Assembly (NCBI RefSeq): GCF_009914755.1
Contig: NC_060927.1
From: the human T2T-CHM13v2.0 reference genome, Homo sapiens
Length of the DNA: 64,000 nt
Reading direction: 5' to 3' (one strand)
Shown: in pieces, positions 58,150 through 64,000 of the stretch
Position numbering within the stretch: the first letter of the stretch is position 1
Layout: every line of letters starts with the position of its first letter
Program-made: the position numbers and the translations under genes
Notes under the pieces: generated by a model
What the model was told of the DNA's origin: nothing
Database searches by the model: none
What the model saw: the letters and a program-made list of their open reading frames with translations, nothing else

Positions 58150-58777
58150 GTCTCACTTTGTTGCCCAGACTGGAGTGCAGTGGCGTGATCATGGCTCACT
58201 GCAGCCTTGAACTCCAGGTCTCAGGTGATCCTCCCACCTCAGCCTCCTGAGTAGTTGAGACTACAGGCACAGGCCACCATGTCTGGCAAATTTTTCTTTT
58301 TTCTTTTTGTAGAGATGGGGTTGCCCCATATTGTCCAGGCTAGTCTTGAACTCCTGGGCTTAAGCAATCCGCCCACTTCAGCCTCTCAAAGTGTTGAGAT
58401 TACAGGTGAGAGCCACGGCACCCGGCCTAATTTTATATTTCTAATATTTTTTAAATGCCATTAAAGTGATTATAATTTGGAATAGGTTTTAAAAGAGTAT
58501 TAAATTACACACATTAAAGGCAAGAAAAATAAACATGTACTCCATTAGAAAGACAAGGCAAATAAATGTGATACATTGTCCTAGACTGGATCTTAGACCA
58601 GGGGAAAAAAAATCGGTAAGAGCATTATTGGGAAAATTAACAAAAGTTGAATATAGGCTATGGATGAGAAAATAATATTGTTTCAATATTAAATTTTCTA
58701 TTTTCGATAAGTGATATTGTGGCCATGTTCTTTGGAAATACACCCAGAATTACACAGGAGTAAAGGAGCATTATGTT

Positions 58778-59084
58778 GCCAGGTGTGGTGTTGCACGCCT
58801 GTACTCCCAGCTACTCGGGAGGCTGAGGCAGGAGGATTGCTTGAGTCCAGGAGTTCTGGGCTGTAGTGCGCTATGCCGATTGGGTGTCCACACTAAGTTT
58901 GGCATAAATATGGTGACCTCCTGGGAACAGGGGACCACCAGGTTGCCTAAGGAGGGGTGAATTGGCCAAGGTTGGAAACCAAGAAGGTCAAAACTCCCAT
59001 GCTGATCAGTAGTGGGACTGAGCCTGTGAATAGCTGCTGCACTTTAGCCTGGGCAACATAGCAAGACCCCATCTCAAAAAAAAA
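58778..59084 (+). pseudogene. 7SL (SRP) RNA processed pseudogene (RN7SL family)
   Basis: Full-length 7SL including the S-domain absent from Alu (gggctgtagtgcgctatgccga...gggaccaccaggttgcctaaggaggggtgaa...gctgatcagtagtggga); A-tail; about 15-bp TSD aaaggagcat(t/a)atgt. Confidence 0.93.
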
Positions 59085-59636
59085 GGAGCATAATGTCTAC
59101 ACCTTATTCTCATATGATAACTATAATAATATGTTTATACTTCCATACATATAATTATATATTACACATAATACACATGTACCTTACATGAAAATGGTGG
59201 GAGACCAAGTGATAGAGCAAATAAAGCAAAATGTTAACAATTGATGAAGTAGGTAAACAGCATACAATAATTCTTAAGTCAAAATTAGAAGTTATTTAAA
59301 AAACTGAAAATAACGAGGTCTCTGGCCTACAAATGTGGGCAATTCTGCTGTGCAGCAATTCCTTAGCCTCCTCACACGTCTTTGAGCTTTCTGATGCAAA
59401 AAGTCCTGAAACCTAACTTGTCCTGGGGTTAAGTCGTGCAACCAATTTGATGGGTATGGTTATGAAACAACAACAAAAAAATTGTGAAATCATCAGCCAA
59501 CAGTTTCTCTACAGTTCCTAATAAAAATTGATAGCTGTGATGAGGTACAGGACTATGCCTTATGGTAGTCACGGATTTTGAGATGACTTTTTCCCCATGC
59601 TTACCCTCTGGGAGTCTGAGATATCTGAAAACATAA

Positions 59637-60017
<381 letters not shown>

Positions 60018-61784
60018 TGATCCACCCACCTCAGCCTCCTAAAGTGTTGGGATTACAGGCATGAGCCACCGCACCCAGCCTATTTCTTTATTCTGTTTCT
60101 TTTTTCCCCCTCATGTCTAATCTACCACCAAAGCCTGTCATTTCTTCTTCACCTGGACCCCTGGAGCTAGCCCACCCTCTTTGTTTTTGTAGCCATGCCT
60201 GCAGTTGTGGTTCCCTCCTTCTGTGAATGATCATAGTAGTTTTCTAGCTAGATTGAAGGTTAAAACTAGATGTGGCCAGAAAAGCTATTTGATTTGACAC
60301 TGTCCGTGTTGACCCACCAGTGTGTTTGATTTTATTTAATTACAGTAGTTGTCAACATTTAATCAGGGGAATTTACATAATATGGATTTCCAGTTTCTCT
60401 TCAAAGATCAGAAGGTCTGGCCACGCCAGGCCCAAGATCCCATGAGGTAACAGTACTCCAGAGATACGAGTTGGGACATTCCTTAGGCAGAATATGTCTC
60501 TCCAGTTGGCAGCCCTCTCCATCTGATTCACTTCTTTCTTTCTTTTTTTTTTTTGGGTAGGGACAGGGTCTCACTCTGTTGCCCAGGCTGTAGTGCAATC
60601 ATAGCTCACTGCAGCCTTGAACTCCTGGGCACAAGAGACACTCCTGAGTAGCTAGGACTACAGATATGCGCTTTTTAAATTTTTTTTAATTTTTGTTTTA
60701 TTTGTAGAGATAGGGTCTTGCTATGTTGCCCAGGCTGGTCTTGAGCTCCTGGCCTCAAGCAATCCTCTCACCTTAGCCTCCCAAAACACTGACATTACAG
60801 GTGTGAACCATCACACCTAGCTTTGGTTTGCCTTTTGTTTGACATGAACTGCAGTGGGCCCCAAGGTAGAATAAACTGACATTTGCAACTTCTGGGTCAG
60901 AGTCTCAGTGGTAATTTGGTCGAACCTCCATGATTACTGTATACGACATACTCTATGATGCCTAGATTCTCTAGTCACCTTTCTCCTGAACTCTCAGCTG
61001 CCTCTCTACCATAGCTACTGCTGCAGCACATATGCCACCCAAAGCCAACCATCTGGAGTCTCTGGCTCCTCCAGACTCTTCTGGACTCACTGGAATGAGG
61101 CACCATGCTTCCCAAGTGGCTGCCAAAGACGCTAGCTAGGTGGTGGTACCCACAAGGGCAGGTAAGTTAACTCCCACATGGAGAAGCCCAGTGCAGTGGA
61201 AGACCAGAGATGAGCCAATAAATAAATTTCCTCTGCCTTCCCCCCTCTGCTGAACTATTTCAAGATGTGGTTTCTCTGACCAGAGACATTCCACATGGTA
61301 TAGTGGGTGCACCTGCCAACAAACTGTCTCCGTGTCTTTAAGGCTGGCATGAAGCACTAGCCTGCACAGTAACTCACTACCTGGCACCACTTCTCCTCCT
61401 TTCCTGCCTCATTTCCCTTTCTTCTCATTGTCACTGTCGTGCACTGTACCTCCCAAATACAGGATTAGTATTTAGTTCTTGCCACAGGCTCTGTTTTCTA
61501 GAGAGTTCAAGATGAGATAATCAGTTGCTCAACATGATGAACTATTTGAGCTTTCTCCAACCTATGCACTTCCTGAGCTTTCTCCAACCTAGGGTTTTGG
61601 GGAAGTCTGTTAGATTTTGTTTTAAGGATTATGGGTTTATAGCTCATCCCCAATTCAAATCCCAGACCTAATGCCTTTTTTAAAATGAAGTAATCACTGA
61701 TTGAACTAGCTAAAGGAGTTCTTTCCTTCCAGAAATTCTCGTAGCGTTCTACATACATCTAACTTTTGACATTTATTTATTTAA

Positions 61785-62091
<307 letters not shown>

Positions 62092-62883
62092 TGACATTTA
62101 TCTTTTTTCTTTATCTGTGTTATGGGTCTTTATATTCTGTGCTTCAATTCGGGCCCTCCCATTTCTTGTGGGAATCACTTCAGGAGTCTCCCATACTGCT
62201 TTATGGCTCCCAGGCCCAACACTCTCTTCCCCATAAGCCTTTGCATATGTTGTGCCCTCTGCCAACAAACTTCTTCCTTTTCCATTTTTGTCTCCAGTCA
62301 ACTTCTATTCTATCTTTTCATATTCTTTAAAGGAATTCAAGCATGGCCGCTTGGAAAAGCCATTCCAGACTCACCTTCAGACTAGGTTACCCAGCCCTCT
62401 TTGGGGTCCCCACAAGTACTCTGTCCACATCTCTATTCCAGCTCCATCAGTAGGGTGATTAAAGGTTTACTTATCTGTCATTTCCTAATTTTGAGTTCTC
62501 TGAGGCAAAAGTTGATATCATTTCTTTAATATAGCATCTGGAATACAATTCGCTATAGGTTTATGTAACAAATGAAACAATAAATAAATATTGCATTTCC
62601 TCTACTACACAGTCAAGGAAGTATGTCTGTTTCATCTTTGCATTTCAGCACCAAGTGCAGGACCTGGTAAAAGGTAGATGCTGAACAGTGTACTGAAAGA
62701 ATGAATAAATTCACGATATAAAAGAGAATTTGTCACTTAAGTCACCTGGGGGAACATTGCCTTCTTTGGTGAGGAGACACCCTTAGACAAAGCTCTAATG
62801 AGGCTAACCAGCCACTCAAGCAGAAGGCAGCCACACTAGACATCTGGTTTCATTTCCTTTTACAAATTCTGTTGAATTGGCTA

Positions 62884-63051
<168 letters not shown>

Positions 63052-63761
63052 TCAGGAGGCTGAGGCATGGGAATTGCTTGAACATGGGAGGTGGAGGGTG
63101 CAGTGAGCTGAGATCGCATCACTGCACCCCAGCCTGGGCAACAGAGTGAGACTCCATTAAAAAAAATTCTATTGAATTATAATGGAAAGCAACTGTTCCC
63201 TCCACCTCCACCTGTCCACAGACAGCCTTGCTCCTCAAAGGCAATTCCACCTGACTTCTGCCGGCCCACACTCCCTTTCTTTATGCTTTATGCTCTCTCC
63301 ACAGTGGCCCTCTCTCAGTCTCTTGTAATCTTTATGTCTCCTTCCACCCATCTTCTCTGGGAGCAATGCATTGGCTTGTGATATTTGGAGGTAGCCTGGG
63401 ATCCAACCAGCTCCCTGAGATTCCCCAAACTCCATTGTCAAAGTTGAGTGGTCTGGATGTAGCACAGAGCTGATGGACCTGAGGGGCCTTGGCTAAAGGA
63501 GATGGGGAATGACTTATCAATGGTGACCAACCAGGACCCAATGATGTTTCAGCAGAGGCCAGAGTGCACATACGACAGTCTCTCCCCATCAATCTCACCA
63601 GGTTGACTCAAACTGACTTCAAAGACAAGAGAAGGAGCAATATAAGAAGAAAGAACAGTTATCCTTCTTGAACTTTTCGTCAATGCATCTATTAGCTAGT
63701 GCTATGTAACAAACTACCCCCCCAAACTTAGAGGCCAATAGCAATCTTTTTTTTATTCTGA

Positions 63762-63998
<237 letters not shown>

Positions 63999-64000
63999 TC

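Noticed and set aside
61548-61591. tgagctttctccaaccta repeated with a 27-bp period
   Set aside because: Two copies only; an ordinary local duplication, not an array.

Overview
Human genomic DNA (Alu-rich, with AluY/S/J copies). I recognise it as the GLB1 locus (chr3p22.3). The minus strand carries GLB1 (lysosomal acid beta-galactosidase, GH35) exons 1-10, codons 1-356, all with canonical GT-AG boundaries. Exons 11-16 lie beyond the left edge. A CpG-island promoter with two CLEAR-like motifs sits at about 52.3-53.2 kb. The 24-kb intron 1 holds the nested same-strand gene TMPPE (intronless 453-aa CDS), a processed SUMO2 pseudogene inserted into the middle of an Alu, a degenerate ERVL-class provirus and an old L1. 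The right 11 kb is repeat-rich intergenic DNA with a 7SL retrocopy. This is a well-studied locus and I see no wholly new gene system. The best signals are architectural. (1) A clean 144-nt in-frame cassette exon lies on the antisense strand of the SUMO2 retrocopy. (2) Competing exon-1 donors would turn the GLB1 signal-peptide ORF into a uORF on TMPPE mRNA. (3) An inverted Alu pair tightly brackets exons 3-4, two of the exons skipped to make elastin-binding protein. (4) Exon 5 codes in two frames. (5) A candidate cryptic or terminal exon follows exon 10. Repeat boundaries and subfamily names are by eye and approximate.
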